DNA from: Alphaproteobacteria bacterium
Lineage (GTDB): Bacteria; Pseudomonadota; Alphaproteobacteria; UBA828
Assembly (NCBI GenBank): GCA_965237415.1
Contig: CBDEFM010000002.1
Location: 160,001-224,000, forward strand
Reading direction: 5' to 3'
DNA: 64,000 nt
This document shows positions 52,760 through 63,220 of the stretch, in pieces; the stretch's first letter is position 1; every line of letters begins with the position of its first letter. Under the pieces are notes generated by a model. The model saw nothing but the letters and a program-made list of their open reading frames with translations. It ran no database searches and was not told the DNA's origin. A program made the position numbers and the translations under genes.

Positions 52760-53647
52760 TCAGCCGGGCGTGAGCGTGGCGAGCAGGCCGTAGTGGTCGG
52801 AAAGGGGCAGCGCGTCTCCATCCGGGAGCGGCACCGCCGGCTCGTCGAGGACGATGCGCACATTGCTCGCCTCAAGCCCGTGCCCGGCCCGCGGGCGCAC
52901 GAAGATGTGGTCGACCCGCCGCGCCTTGCCTGAGGCCCGGTCGCGGTTGAGCGGGTTGGCCGGGTCCCAGGTGCCAGGCGGGCGGGCGTCATCCGGCAGG
53001 CAAGCGGCGACGTCGACGAAGCCGGCGGCGGCGAGTCGCCGGCCGGTCGCCGGGTCCGTGGCCGGGTCGTTGTTAAAGTCGCCCGCGAGCACGACCGTCC
53101 CCTCGAAGGACGCACCGGCGGCATCGATCGCTTCGGCGATCTGTGCGCTCCGCCGGTCGGGCGCACCCTGGCGCCGGCGTTGCCGATAGGCGCCGCCGGC
53201 CGTGGCGTGCAGGTTGATCACGCGGCACCGGCCGAGGCCAGGCGTCCGCACCGTGCAGCCGAGCATCCCGCGCGGGCCGAAGAGGCCCTCCTCAAACGTC
53301 TGATTCGCGAATGGGGTGCACGAGGCCTCTTCGATCGGATAGCGGGAGAGGGTGAGGAGCCCGGTGCCATAGAAGCGGGTGTCCTCTTCGATACCGGCGC
53401 GATGGGGGTAGAGATCGCGGAGCGCCGCCGCCAGTCCCTTCTTGACGCGCTGCGGGACCAGCTCCTGCAAGAGCACGATATCGGCGTCCACCCTGCGCAG
53501 CGCTGGAGCGAGGTGGGCTGCGCGGGCGATCACGTGCGGCACGTCTTCGTAGAGCGCGGCGCCGAACAGGCGGATCTCGGTGAGGCCGGTATTGAAGGTC
53601 AAGACGCTAAGCATCGGCGCATCGCTGCCGTGCGTCCGCCGGGCCAT
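52760..53647 (-). CDS. Endonuclease/exonuclease/phosphatase (sphingomyelinase-like) protein
   Basis: LTFN, LLQE, NLH, LAGDFN, RVDHIF, LSDHYG. Confidence 0.88.
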   Translation of the reverse strand: MARRTHGSDAPMLSVLTFNTGLTEIRLFGAALYEDVPHVIARAAHLAPALRRVDADIVLLQELVPQRVKKGLAAALRDLYPHRAGIEEDTRFYGTGLLTLSRYPIEEASCTPFANQTFEEGLFGPRGMLGCTVRTPGLGRCRVINLHATAGGAYRQRRRQGAPDRRSAQIAEAIDAAGASFEGTVVLAGDFNNDPATDPATGRRLAAAGFVDVAACLPDDARPPGTWDPANPLNRDRASGKARRVDHIFVRPRAGHGLEASNVRIVLDEPAVPLPDGDALPLSDHYGLLATLTPG

Positions 53648-53660
53648 GAAAGCCGGTGCG

Positions 53661-54587
53661 CTACGGCCCCGGCCCTGCCCGGGTCACCGGCGGAGAGCTG
53701 CGGTTGACCAGGAAGAGGCCGGCGAATAGGAGCGCGACGGCGAGGCCAATCCACGGGCTCGGCACCTCGCCGAAATAAAGGGCGGCCCAGCCCATGCCGG
53801 CGAGGGGGCCGATATAGCCGTTGGTCGAGAAGAAGACCGGCCCGGCCATGCGGATGATTTCCAGGCCGAGCACGAAGAAGCACGCGGTGAGCACGCCGCC
53901 GCCGATCAGCGACCAGTCGCCGTCGGTCATGGTGCTGTCGAACAGCCACCAGCTGTCGGCGGCGGCCATGACGGGCACCATCAGGACGGCGCTTGCGAAG
54001 GCGATCCCGCAGGTCAGCGGAATCGGTTTGCTGCCTGCTGGGCGGAGGAACACCACTGCAACGCTGCCGAAGGCGTAACAAACCGGTGAGCCGAAGGCCA
54101 ACAGCAGCCACAGCGCCATGTCGGGGTCCGGCAGGCTCGTCCCCGGGGTCAGCACCACCAGGATTCCTGCGAGGCCGAGCAGGATGCCCGCGACGCGCAG
54201 CAGGCGCACGCGGTCGAGCCTGAACAGGATCGAGAAGGCGTAAGTCAGGATCGGCGAGAGCGTGAGCGTGAGTGCGACCGCGCCGGCCGGCACCCTGGGC
54301 GCTGCGAGCGCCAGCAACGTGTAGGGCAGGACGATACCGATGAAACCGAAGAGGAAGTAGAAGCGGAGGTAGGCGCCCGTCAGCCTCGGTCGCTGCCCGA
54401 CGACAAGGCCCGCAATCAGCGCGACCGTACCTGCGCCGACTCCCTGCCAGAAGACGAAGGGGACGACCGGGATGCCTTCGGTGATGGCGATCCGATTGAG
54501 CGAGAAGGTCATTGCGTAGCTGCAGGCCCCGAACAACAGCATGGCGAGCGGGACCAGGCGCCCGCCGTCCGGTTCGAAGCGGCTCAC
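53661..54587 (-). CDS. DMT/EamA-family transporter
   Basis: About 10 hydrophobic segments, ..IRMAGPV motif. Start set at the GTG of VSRFEP. Confidence 0.85.
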   Translation of the reverse strand: MSRFEPDGGRLVPLAMLLFGACSYAMTFSLNRIAITEGIPVVPFVFWQGVGAGTVALIAGLVVGQRPRLTGAYLRFYFLFGFIGIVLPYTLLALAAPRVPAGAVALTLTLSPILTYAFSILFRLDRVRLLRVAGILLGLAGILVVLTPGTSLPDPDMALWLLLAFGSPVCYAFGSVAVVFLRPAGSKPIPLTCGIAFASAVLMVPVMAAADSWWLFDSTMTDGDWSLIGGGVLTACFFVLGLEIIRMAGPVFFSTNGYIGPLAGMGWAALYFGEVPSPWIGLAVALLFAGLFLVNRSSPPVTRAGPGP

Positions 54588-54600
54588 TTGGGGCTCCCCG

Positions 54601-55371
54601 TCACTCCGTGAGACCGGCGGTGAGTCCACCGTCGATGACGAGCGCCGTGCCGGTGATCCAAGCCGCGTCGTCGGAGGCGAGATAGACGAAGCCGTCGGCA
54701 ATATCGCGTGGCGTGCCGATACGCCCGAGCGGGGTGCGGCCTGCGGCTCTGGCCAGGGCGGATTCCGGGTCCGCTTGTTCCGCAAGGAAGCCCTCGAACA
54801 TGGGCGTATCGACGAAACCGGGACAGATGCAGTTGGCGCGAATACCCGCCTTGGCGCCGTCGAGCGCCATGCAGCGCGTGAGCATGATCAGCCCCGCCTT
54901 GGAGGCGACGTAGGCGGCATCCTGCGGGGCCGCGATGACGCCGGCGATCGAGGCCGTGCTCAGGATGACGCCGCCGCCGGACTCGGCGAAGTGCGGCCAG
55001 AACGCCTTCGAGACTCGATAGGCGCCGCTCAGGTTGATGTCGATCTCCCGCTGCCAGTCAGCCTCCGAGAGCTCAGCCACGCCGCCCAGGATGGTGACGC
55101 CGGCATTGTTCACCAGCACCTCGATCCTGCCGTAAGCCGTCAGCGCCTCCTCCCCAAGCCGCGCCACGTCTTGCTCGCTGGTGATGTCGGCGCTCACGGC
55201 GAGCGCGGTGCCACCGTTCGCTACGATCGACGCGGAGACCGCGGCCGCGCCCGCCGCGTCGCGGTCGGCGCAGACGACCGCCGCTCCTTCCTCGGCAAAT
55301 CGCAGCGCCGTCTCGCGGCCGATGCCCGACGCGGCGCCGGTGACGACGGCGTTCTTGCCGGCGAGTCTCAC
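54601..55371 (-). CDS. Short-chain dehydrogenase/reductase
   Basis: TGAASGIG, NNAG, YVASK, CPG.VDTPM. Confidence 0.93.
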   Translation of the reverse strand: MRLAGKNAVVTGAASGIGRETALRFAEEGAAVVCADRDAAGAAAVSASIVANGGTALAVSADITSEQDVARLGEEALTAYGRIEVLVNNAGVTILGGVAELSEADWQREIDINLSGAYRVSKAFWPHFAESGGGVILSTASIAGVIAAPQDAAYVASKAGLIMLTRCMALDGAKAGIRANCICPGFVDTPMFEGFLAEQADPESALARAAGRTPLGRIGTPRDIADGFVYLASDDAAWITGTALVIDGGLTAGLTE

Positions 55372-55393
55372 GGGGGCGGGGCCGTGAGCCTGC

Positions 55394-56347
55394 TCACGCG
55401 GGCATGGTCTCGTTTCGGCGCTGGGCGCGCTGCATCAGGATCAGGCCGATCACAGCGAACACGCTGAGGCAGATCAGGATGAACAGGCCCACCGCCGCCA
55501 CATAGGCCCAATCGAGATTCTTGAAGGTAAGGTCGAGGATGTAGACGGAGATCGACTTGGTCGCCGTCCCCGGCCCGCCGCCGGTCATCACGTAGAGGAC
55601 GTCGAAGATCTTGATGCACTCGATGGTACGGATGACCAGCGCAATGATCATCACCATCTTCATGCGCGGCAGCACGATGCGCCAGAAGCGCTGCCACGCG
55701 TTCGCGCCGAGCAGCGTCGCCGCCTTCATCTGATCCTCGGGCACGCCCACCATACCTGCGAGCAGGATCAGGAACATGAGCGGCGTCCACTGCCAGATGT
55801 CGGCGATCATCACCGAGACCATCGCAAGGCTGGAATCCGCGAGCCAGAGAATCTCGACTTCGGAGCCGCTGATCCGGCTGAGCAGGTCGTTGATGGGGCC
55901 CCTGCTCTGGAACAGCATGAAGAACATGTAGCCGGCCACCGCAGGCACGATCATCATCGGCATCAGCATGATCGAGTAGAAGAGCCGCTTGCCCACGAAT
56001 TTCTCGGCGAAGAGGATGGCGAGGCCCAGGCCCAGCAGGAACTCGATGGGCACGCAGACGCCGACGATCAGGAAGGTCCGCCCGATCGAGCCCCAGAGCT
56101 TCGAATCGTCGAAGAGGTCGCCGTAGTTGCCGAAGAGGTTGGCGCTCTCGTAGGCCATGTACCAGCGCGTGCCGTCGAGCGGCCCCCACCAGGTGAAGCT
56201 CACGTAGAGCTGCATCACGAGCGGGAAGGCGACGATGAAGAGCAGCAGCAACTGGGCAGGCAGCGTCAGGTAGAGCCCGAGCCGCTTGCCCTGGCTCTCC
56301 AGCGGCGTCAGCACGGGCCGCCTGGATTTCGAGGCCGCCCGGCTCAT
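55394..56347 (-). CDS. Carbohydrate ABC transporter permease (MalF-like)
   Basis: DIWQWTP, AA.LLGAN.WQRFWRI.LP (EAA loop). Confidence 0.9.
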   Translation of the reverse strand: MSRAASKSRRPVLTPLESQGKRLGLYLTLPAQLLLLFIVAFPLVMQLYVSFTWWGPLDGTRWYMAYESANLFGNYGDLFDDSKLWGSIGRTFLIVGVCVPIEFLLGLGLAILFAEKFVGKRLFYSIMLMPMMIVPAVAGYMFFMLFQSRGPINDLLSRISGSEVEILWLADSSLAMVSVMIADIWQWTPLMFLILLAGMVGVPEDQMKAATLLGANAWQRFWRIVLPRMKMVMIIALVIRTIECIKIFDVLYVMTGGGPGTATKSISVYILDLTFKNLDWAYVAAVGLFILICLSVFAVIGLILMQRAQRRNETMPA

Positions 56348-57204
56348 TGCTTGAGCGCCCCGAAGGTAAGGCCGCGCACCAGATATTTCTGGATCGCGAT
56401 GCCGAAGACCACCGGCGGCACCACGGCGATGAGTCCGAGCGCAGCCTTGGCGCCGTACATCTGCCCCGTCATCGCCGAGGACAGCGAGTTCATGTAGACC
56501 GGGATCGTCACCCACTCCTTGCGGGTCAGCAGCAGGGCGATGACGTAGTCGCTCCAGTTCAGGATGAAGACGAAGAGCGTGGTGCTGGCGAGCGCCGCCT
56601 TCACCATCGGCAGCGTGATCTTCCAGAACACGCGGAACCAGCTGCAGCCCTCGACGAGCGCAGCCTCCTCGATCTCGCGCGGCACTTCATCGAAGAAGGT
56701 CTTCATCAGCCAGAAGGCAAAGGGGAGCGTGACGATGCCGTAGATGAGCGAGAGGCCCCACCAGGAATCCATGGCGCCGATGAAGGCCCACATGATCATC
56801 ACCGGGATCATCACCGCCAGCGGCGGGAACAGGCGAAGCTGGAGGACGCCGAGCGGCAGGTTTCTGCCTACCCCGAAGCGGGAGACCGCATAGGCGCCGA
56901 GGGTGCCGGCGATTACCGCGATCGCGGTGCCCAGCAGCGCGGTAATCAGGCTGGAGAGGATTGGTTTGGTGGCGGTCCTCTCGTGGGTAATGGAGTAGGC
57001 GTCCGTCTCGCCGGTGAAGATGTACTCGAAATTGGCGAAGGTGGGCTCGCGCGGCAGCCAGTGCAGGTCGCCTGCGGTCGACACCCACTCGGTGTGGGGC
57101 TTGAAGGCCATCGTGGCCATCCACACCACCGGCAGCAGCGCCAGGCCGACGGCGACGAGAATCAGCGCGTAGCGCCAGAGGTGGGAGGTGTACGCTCTTT
57201 GCAT
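56344..57204 (-). CDS. Carbohydrate ABC transporter permease (MalG-like)
   Basis: FFDEVPREIEEAALVEG, LVRGLTFGALK. Confidence 0.9.
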   Translation of the reverse strand: MQRAYTSHLWRYALILVAVGLALLPVVWMATMAFKPHTEWVSTAGDLHWLPREPTFANFEYIFTGETDAYSITHERTATKPILSSLITALLGTAIAVIAGTLGAYAVSRFGVGRNLPLGVLQLRLFPPLAVMIPVMIMWAFIGAMDSWWGLSLIYGIVTLPFAFWLMKTFFDEVPREIEEAALVEGCSWFRVFWKITLPMVKAALASTTLFVFILNWSDYVIALLLTRKEWVTIPVYMNSLSSAMTGQMYGAKAALGLIAVVPPVVFGIAIQKYLVRGLTFGALKQ

Positions 57205-57352
57205 CACATGCCAAGCCGAGGCCGTGACCCGGCGCCGGTTACAGCGCTTGCGGGCGACCGCTCATCGCCAAGGGTGAGCGCAGCCGGGGAAGGGGCGGGC
57301 GGTGCGCAAGCCCAGCGCACCGCCCGCTTCAGACCAATTCGGCGCTGCCGGA

Positions 57353-58930
57353 TCAGGCTTGATCGATGACCGTCGACCAGCCGGACTTCGCGGCGTTGAT
57401 GAGCCCGATCATCTTGTCCTCGCCCTTCTTCCGGATGTGCTTGCGCCACGACTTGGCGGTGTTCTCCATGGCCTCCTGGGGCGTGATCTCGCCGGCCAAC
57501 GCAGAGACGAGATTCTCGCTCAGCGTGTTGTGCATCGCGAACTGGCCGGGGATGGCGATCGTGGGCACCGCGCGCGCCACCGTGCCTTCGATGATCGGCA
57601 CGTGGTAGGGCTTGTAGGACTGGATGACCAGCGGATCCTGGAAGTTGGCGAGCTGGAAGGGATCGAAGAACCCACCCGGATTACTCGTCAGCAGGCTGAA
57701 GATCCGCGTCGAGCCCGACCACTGCAGCCAGAGATACGCGGCCTCCTGATACTCGCTCTGGGTCGAGACGCCGCCGTTGTTGCCGAGATAGATGGTCGAT
57801 CGCCGCACCAGGTCGTTGCCGAACTGGTGACCCGGCGGCAGGAACGAGCCCATCTTGCCGCCTATCGCGGTTTCCGAATTGTCAAGGAACTTCGGGCAGT
57901 TGGAGAAGGTGCCGAGCATGAACGAGTTGCCGTTGGCCATGTTCCCGTAGTACTCGGGCCAGCTCCAGCCGAGGCCTCCCTTGTCCGACCAGTCGAGGCT
58001 CTTCACGTGCTCCTCGGTGGCCTGGATGCCCGCATCGGTGTCGATGAGCGGGTTGCCCTCGTCGTCGAACAGGTGCTGGTTGGGATTGTCCTTGCTGACG
58101 TAGCGGTTGTACCAGGTGCTGATGCCCCAGAAATGGCTCATCATGTTGCCGTTGCCGAGCATCCCCTTGGAGGTGAAGAACTCGGCCAGCTGGTCGCACT
58201 CGCCCCAGGTGCGGGGCGGTCCCAGCTCCCAGCCGTACTTGTCGCCGAACTCCTTCTGGTTCGCCGCGTCTTCCGTGAGATCCCTACGGTAGACCCAGAC
58301 CTGGGCGTCGCCGTCGTAGCAGACCGAGCGCGGCTCGCCGCCGTACTTGTAGAGCATGTCGTAGGATTCCGGCGTCGGCATGCCGCGTTCGGGGTCGGCG
58401 AAGTCAGCGCCGTGTTTCTCGATCCATTCGCCGAGCGGCGCGATGCCGTTGGCTTCCGACAGATCGCCCATGGCCGCATAGCCGAAGGTGTAGACGTCAT
58501 AGGCGGCGGAGCCGGTGGTGACGTCCTGGATCACCTTGTTGAACTGCTCTTCCGGCGAGACGGGGATGAACTCGAGCTTGACCCCGGTCTCGGCCTCCCA
58601 GATCGACTGCAGCGTCGGCCCGTCCGGCGGCCAGGCATTGGTGAAGTGGCCGATGGCGCCGTCCGTCATCAGGATGTTGAGTTTCTCCGGCGCCTTGCCC
58701 TCGGCCTTCAACTTGCGCATGCCCTCGACGGCGCGCCCTTCGGACATGGTCTCGTTGTACTGATAGCGCTCTGCCCCGTCGAAGCCGGTGGGGCCGCCCG
58801 TCATGCCCGGTGCCAGACCCTCTGCCCGCGCGGGGCGGATGAACCTGGGCGCGATACCGATCGGCGAGGTGAGCAACACGCCTGCGGCGCCGGCTTTCAA
58901 CGCCTGCCGTCGCGTAATTTTAATCGCCAT
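57353..58930 (-). CDS. Tat-exported extracellular solute-binding protein
   Basis: TRRQALK signal, family-1 SBP features (YRRDL, P.TW.E, GEITPQEAM). Confidence 0.88.
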   Translation of the reverse strand: MAIKITRRQALKAGAAGVLLTSPIGIAPRFIRPARAEGLAPGMTGGPTGFDGAERYQYNETMSEGRAVEGMRKLKAEGKAPEKLNILMTDGAIGHFTNAWPPDGPTLQSIWEAETGVKLEFIPVSPEEQFNKVIQDVTTGSAAYDVYTFGYAAMGDLSEANGIAPLGEWIEKHGADFADPERGMPTPESYDMLYKYGGEPRSVCYDGDAQVWVYRRDLTEDAANQKEFGDKYGWELGPPRTWGECDQLAEFFTSKGMLGNGNMMSHFWGISTWYNRYVSKDNPNQHLFDDEGNPLIDTDAGIQATEEHVKSLDWSDKGGLGWSWPEYYGNMANGNSFMLGTFSNCPKFLDNSETAIGGKMGSFLPPGHQFGNDLVRRSTIYLGNNGGVSTQSEYQEAAYLWLQWSGSTRIFSLLTSNPGGFFDPFQLANFQDPLVIQSYKPYHVPIIEGTVARAVPTIAIPGQFAMHNTLSENLVSALAGEITPQEAMENTAKSWRKHIRKKGEDKMIGLINAAKSGWSTVIDQA

Positions 58931-59155
58931 TGATGCCTCCCTTGCATGTTCCCGATGAGGTGGGCCGTGCCGTTGAGCCGGCGCACTATCGCCACGCAAC
59001 CTATACCATGCGCGCATGGCGTCGCGCACCTTCCGTGCGTCGATCCGGAACATGCTCCTTCCCATCGTGAGCCTCCGAGCCCGCTATCTAGCGCCGTCGC
59101 GAGCGTCTAAAAGGAGGGCCGTCGTGGGGAAGGGAGCGGCCGGAGGGATATGGCG

Positions 59156-59932
59156 ATGAGCGGTGAGTGGCATCGGATGAGCGCTCTGGCGCTCGGCGCA
59201 GGAATCGAAGGCGGCGCCATCGACCCGCGCGCGCTGACCGAATTTTTCCTGGAGCGGATCGAGGAGGTCGACGGCGACCATGCGATCTACCTGCGCATCA
59301 CCGCCGCCCGCGCCCGCTTCGCGCTGCCCACCACGCTCGTGTGGGACTCGCTCGATCCCGGCGTGGACGCGCCTGCCCGCAGCGCGGTCGAGCGCCTGCG
59401 TGCGGCCGGCTGCGTCATCGACGAGAGGCCGGTGCCCGAGTTCGATACGGTCGGGGAGCTGGTCAGCCGCTTCGGCGCGTATCACTCCGCCGAGTGCCAC
59501 GCGCTCTGGTACGACGTCATCGAGGCGCGGCCAGACCTGATCTACGCCCCGATATGGGAGCGAATTCGCGTGGGCGCGCAAATTTCGGCCACCGATGCCG
59601 CACGGGCGAAGCAGGGACTCGCCGCGGCTGCTGCCTCCCTCCACCCGAGAATGCGGCGGCACGGCGTTTTCCTCATGCCCACGGCGGCGGCAAGCCCCCC
59701 GCCCATCGCCGCGCTCGAAGCCGACGCCGAGGTCTACAGGACGGCCAATGTTGCGGCTCTTCGCAACGCGCGCCTCGGCAACTACCTCAATTGCTGTGCA
59801 CTGACGCTCCCCTGCGGGCGCGACCAGAATGGCGTGCCGGTCGGATTGATGCTGATGGCCCCGCCCGGGGAGGAGGAGCGTCTGTTGCGCTTAGGCCACG
59901 CTATCGAGCCTGTGATTGCCGAGGGCGCGTAG
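59156..59932 (+). pseudogene. Amidase with an in-frame internal deletion
   Basis: Amidase N-terminus (..DPRALTEFFLERI) joins directly to the C-terminal half (MPT..PP, ALTLP, PVGLML, EERLL). The KD and GGSS signature region is missing. Confidence 0.75.
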
Positions 59933-61490
59933 CCTGAGCCTCGTCTGACGCGTGCGTGACGTGGGCCAGCGAGCGCCCCGTCATCGCCGCAGGTGCCGGA
60001 AGGCCCATCAGGTCGAGGATTGTCGGCGCCACGTCGGCCAGCGCGCCGTCGCGGAGTGCCACGCCGGGTGCGCCCGCGAGAACGGCGGGGACGGGACCAT
60101 GCGTGTGCGCCGTGTGGGGCGTCTCGCCGTCTGCGCCCCGCATCTGCTCGGCATTGCCGTGATCGGCCGTGATGAGGAGGGCGCCGCCGGCTGCCCCAAC
60201 GGCGGCCGCTAGGCGGCCGAGGCATCGGTCCACCGCGGCGACGGCTGCCATCGCCGCGTTCAGGTCGCCTGTGTGACCCACCATGTCGGTGTTGGCGTAG
60301 TTCACGACGATCAGGTCGAAGCGGCCGCCCGCGATTGCCTCGATCACACGGTCGGTGACTTCCGGTGCCGACATCTCGGGTTGCAGGTCGTAGGTGGCCA
60401 CCTTTGGCGAGGGCACGAGCACCCGTTCCTCGCCCGGCATCTCGCGCTCCTCGCCGCCGTTTAGGAAGAACGTCACATGGGCGTACTTCTCGGTCTCGGC
60501 GATGCGCAACTGTCGCAAGCCGGCGCGCGAGACGACGGCACCGAGGCTGTCCGCCACCCGTTGCGGGGGGAACATCGCCTCGCCCAGACGGTCCAGGCTC
60601 TCCGAATAGCTGCACATGCCTGAGACTGCGGCGAAGCGCACGTACCGGGCGCGCGCAAAGCCGTCGAAGGCGGGATCGAGCAGTGCCGTTAGAATTTGGC
60701 GTACGCGGTCGGCGCGGAAGTTGGCCACGATCAGCCCGTCGCCATCCGCGGCGCCCTGATAGCCGTCGATCGATGCGGGCTCAACGAACTCGTCACCAAC
60801 GTCGTCCGCATAGCTCTGCATGACGGCCGCGGTCGCGTCCGCCGCCGGGTGTCCGCGTGCGGAAACCAGTGCGTCGTAGGCGCGGGCGGTCCGCTCCCAC
60901 CGCCGGTCCCGATCCATGGCGTAGTAGCGGCCGGCAACGGTTGCGATCCGCACGTCGGGGAGATCGCGAAGAGCCGCCTCGAAGCGCGTCAGATCGCCGC
61001 TGGCCGAACGCGGCGGCACGTCGCGGCCGTCGAGGAAGGCGTGAATCGCGACTGGCACGCCGTGGCCGCTCACGATCCGCACGAGCGCCGCAATGTGATC
61101 CTGGTGCGAATGAACGCCGCCCGGCGAGACGAGCCCCATCAGGTGGCAGCGACCCCCGCTTTCACGCAGCCGCCGGATGAGCGAGAGGAGGGCCGGGTTG
61201 CGGGCGAGCGAGCCGTCGGCCACGGCGTCGCCGATGCGGGGCAGGTCCTGCAGAACGACCCGGCCTGCGCCGATGGTCATGTGCCCGACCTCAGAGTTCC
61301 CCATCTGACCCCGCGGCAGGCCTACGGCTTCGCCAGCAGTCGCGAGCAGGCCCCACGCGCGGTCTGCGGTGAGCCGGTCCCATACCGGCGTTGCGGCAAG
61401 CGCGATGGCGTTGTGCTCGGTCTCCTGCCGATGCCCCCACCCGTCCAGCACGCAGAGGACGACGGGGCGGTATGAGGTCTTCCGCGCCAT
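59901..61490 (-). CDS. gpmI: 2,3-bisphosphoglycerate-independent phosphoglycerate mutase
   Basis: LDGWG, GQMGNSEVGH, GRYYAMDRD, AETEKYAHVTFF, DMVGH, TADHGN. Confidence 0.96.
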   Translation of the reverse strand: MARKTSYRPVVLCVLDGWGHRQETEHNAIALAATPVWDRLTADRAWGLLATAGEAVGLPRGQMGNSEVGHMTIGAGRVVLQDLPRIGDAVADGSLARNPALLSLIRRLRESGGRCHLMGLVSPGGVHSHQDHIAALVRIVSGHGVPVAIHAFLDGRDVPPRSASGDLTRFEAALRDLPDVRIATVAGRYYAMDRDRRWERTARAYDALVSARGHPAADATAAVMQSYADDVGDEFVEPASIDGYQGAADGDGLIVANFRADRVRQILTALLDPAFDGFARARYVRFAAVSGMCSYSESLDRLGEAMFPPQRVADSLGAVVSRAGLRQLRIAETEKYAHVTFFLNGGEEREMPGEERVLVPSPKVATYDLQPEMSAPEVTDRVIEAIAGGRFDLIVVNYANTDMVGHTGDLNAAMAAVAAVDRCLGRLAAAVGAAGGALLITADHGNAEQMRGADGETPHTAHTHGPVPAVLAGAPGVALRDGALADVAPTILDLMGLPAPAAMTGRSLAHVTHASDEAQATRPRQSQAR

Positions 61491-61654
61491 GATCGGGCCT
61501 TCTAACCCGGCAACCCCGTGTTGGCCACGGCCCTGGTCTCGCGCCGCGCTTCGAGGGTTGATGCTGGGCGGCTGGAGTCAGGGCGTCGGTTCTGGCAATA
61601 GCAAGGCCATGGTCGTGAACAAGGAGTCATGCAATTGAGGGCGGAGCTCGACTC

Positions 61655-62635
61655 ATGACGGCGCTCGCCGTCTTTTTTCTTGCGATTGCAGTTGCCGTCA
61701 CGAGCGCCCGTGCCGACGGGGTGGGCTTCCGCGACATTTCCATCGAGGTGGACGGCGAACGGCTGATCACCGCACTTTGGTATCCGACCGATGCGCCCCC
61801 CGGAGAGACGACCGTCGGCCCCTTCACCATGGCAGCGAGCCGGGAAGCGCCGGTCGGCGCGGGGCGCTACGGCCTCATCCTGATTTCGCACGGGACCGGG
61901 GGCGGCCGCCTGAACCACCGCGACACGGCGATCTTTCTGGCCGAGAACGGCTACGTCGTCGCGGCCCCCGAACATGCCGGCGACAGCTATCGTGACAAGA
62001 GATACAGCGGCACATCGGAGAACTGGCGCCGGCGCCCGCGTCAACTGAGCGCGGTTCTGGATCGGCTCCTCGGCGACCCCGATTTCGGCCCGCATATCGA
62101 CACCCGGCGTATCGGTGCCATCGGGCACTCGGCTGGCGGCTACAGCGTGCTTGCCTTGATCGGGGGACGGGCGGACATGGCCGTCCTTGCCCGCCACTGC
62201 ACCCGCCATCGTGAAGAGGACGCCGCGTTCTGCGGCTATGGCCAGCCTGACGGGCAAGCGCAGGGAACGAAGCCCGATCTCTCGGACCGGCGGGTCGTCG
62301 CTGTCGTGGCCGTCGCGCCGGTCGGGGCGCTTTTCGGCGAAGGCGCCTTCGCGGGCGTCGAGGCGCGGGCGCAAATTCATCGTCTCGAGGGCGACCGGGT
62401 GCTCCGCGAGCCGTGGCATGCGGAGAACGTCCTGACGCTGATGGGTGACAATGCGAACCTCATTTCTCATCCGGTAGCCCACCACTTCGCCTTCATCTCA
62501 CCGTTCCCGGCCTCGCTGATCGGTCAGGTCGGCGCGCCGGGGCGCGATCCAGCGGGATTCGATCGACGCGCGTTCCTCACCCGGATCGACGAACAGATTC
62601 TGAGCTTCTTCGGCGACACTCTGCCCGCGCCGTGA
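61655..62635 (+). CDS. Exported alpha/beta hydrolase (dienelactone hydrolase/PAF-AH-like)
   Basis: Signal peptide, WYP, ISHG.GG, GHSAGG, HFAF. Confidence 0.85.
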   Translation: MTALAVFFLAIAVAVTSARADGVGFRDISIEVDGERLITALWYPTDAPPGETTVGPFTMAASREAPVGAGRYGLILISHGTGGGRLNHRDTAIFLAENGYVVAAPEHAGDSYRDKRYSGTSENWRRRPRQLSAVLDRLLGDPDFGPHIDTRRIGAIGHSAGGYSVLALIGGRADMAVLARHCTRHREEDAAFCGYGQPDGQAQGTKPDLSDRRVVAVVAVAPVGALFGEGAFAGVEARAQIHRLEGDRVLREPWHAENVLTLMGDNANLISHPVAHHFAFISPFPASLIGQVGAPGRDPAGFDRRAFLTRIDEQILSFFGDTLPAP

Positions 62636-62684
62636 TCTGTAGCCGGGCTGCGTCTTGCCAGAGCTTCGCGCGGTTCAGCGGGAC

Positions 62685-63206
62685 TCAGGCTGTCGCTGCG
62701 CCGTCGCTGCGGCTGATAGTTACCGGGGCGCCGCCGGTGAGCGTCTGGTAGACGACGCAGTAGCGCTCGGTGAGCTTGTAGAGCCTGTCGAGGGCCTCCG
62801 GCGCGGCGTCGCTCGCGAGCTCGAAGTGCAGCCGGATCGCCCGGAAACCGACGGGCGCGTCGCGGTCGACCCCGAGGGTCCCACGCACGTCCAGATCGCC
62901 TTCGGCGCTCACCCGCGCGCCCTGAATGTCGATGGAGAGGGCAGTCGCGACTGCCTTGAGCGTCACCCCGGCGCAGGCGACGAGGGCCTGGAGCAGCATG
63001 TCGCCGGAGCATGCTTGCAGGCCCGTGCCGCCACCGGAGGGGTGCAACCCGGCCTCGACCAGCGCCTTGCCGGTATCGACCGAGCAGGCGATCTCCGACT
63101 CGTCCACAGCGCCCGCGGCTTTGAGAACGATGAGCGCGGCGTCTGCGTCGTCGCGGTAGCGTTCCTTGAGCGGCGCCTGCAGCGACCTGAGTTCGTCGGC
63201 GTCCAT
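62685..63206 (-). CDS. OsmC-family protein
   Basis: QAPLK, AGLHP..GG, CSGDMLL.AL.ACAG, TERYCVVYQTL. Confidence 0.88.
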   Translation of the reverse strand: MDADELRSLQAPLKERYRDDADAALIVLKAAGAVDESEIACSVDTGKALVEAGLHPSGGGTGLQACSGDMLLQALVACAGVTLKAVATALSIDIQGARVSAEGDLDVRGTLGVDRDAPVGFRAIRLHFELASDAAPEALDRLYKLTERYCVVYQTLTGGAPVTISRSDGAATA

Positions 63207-63220
63207 GGGGTCCTTCCTCT

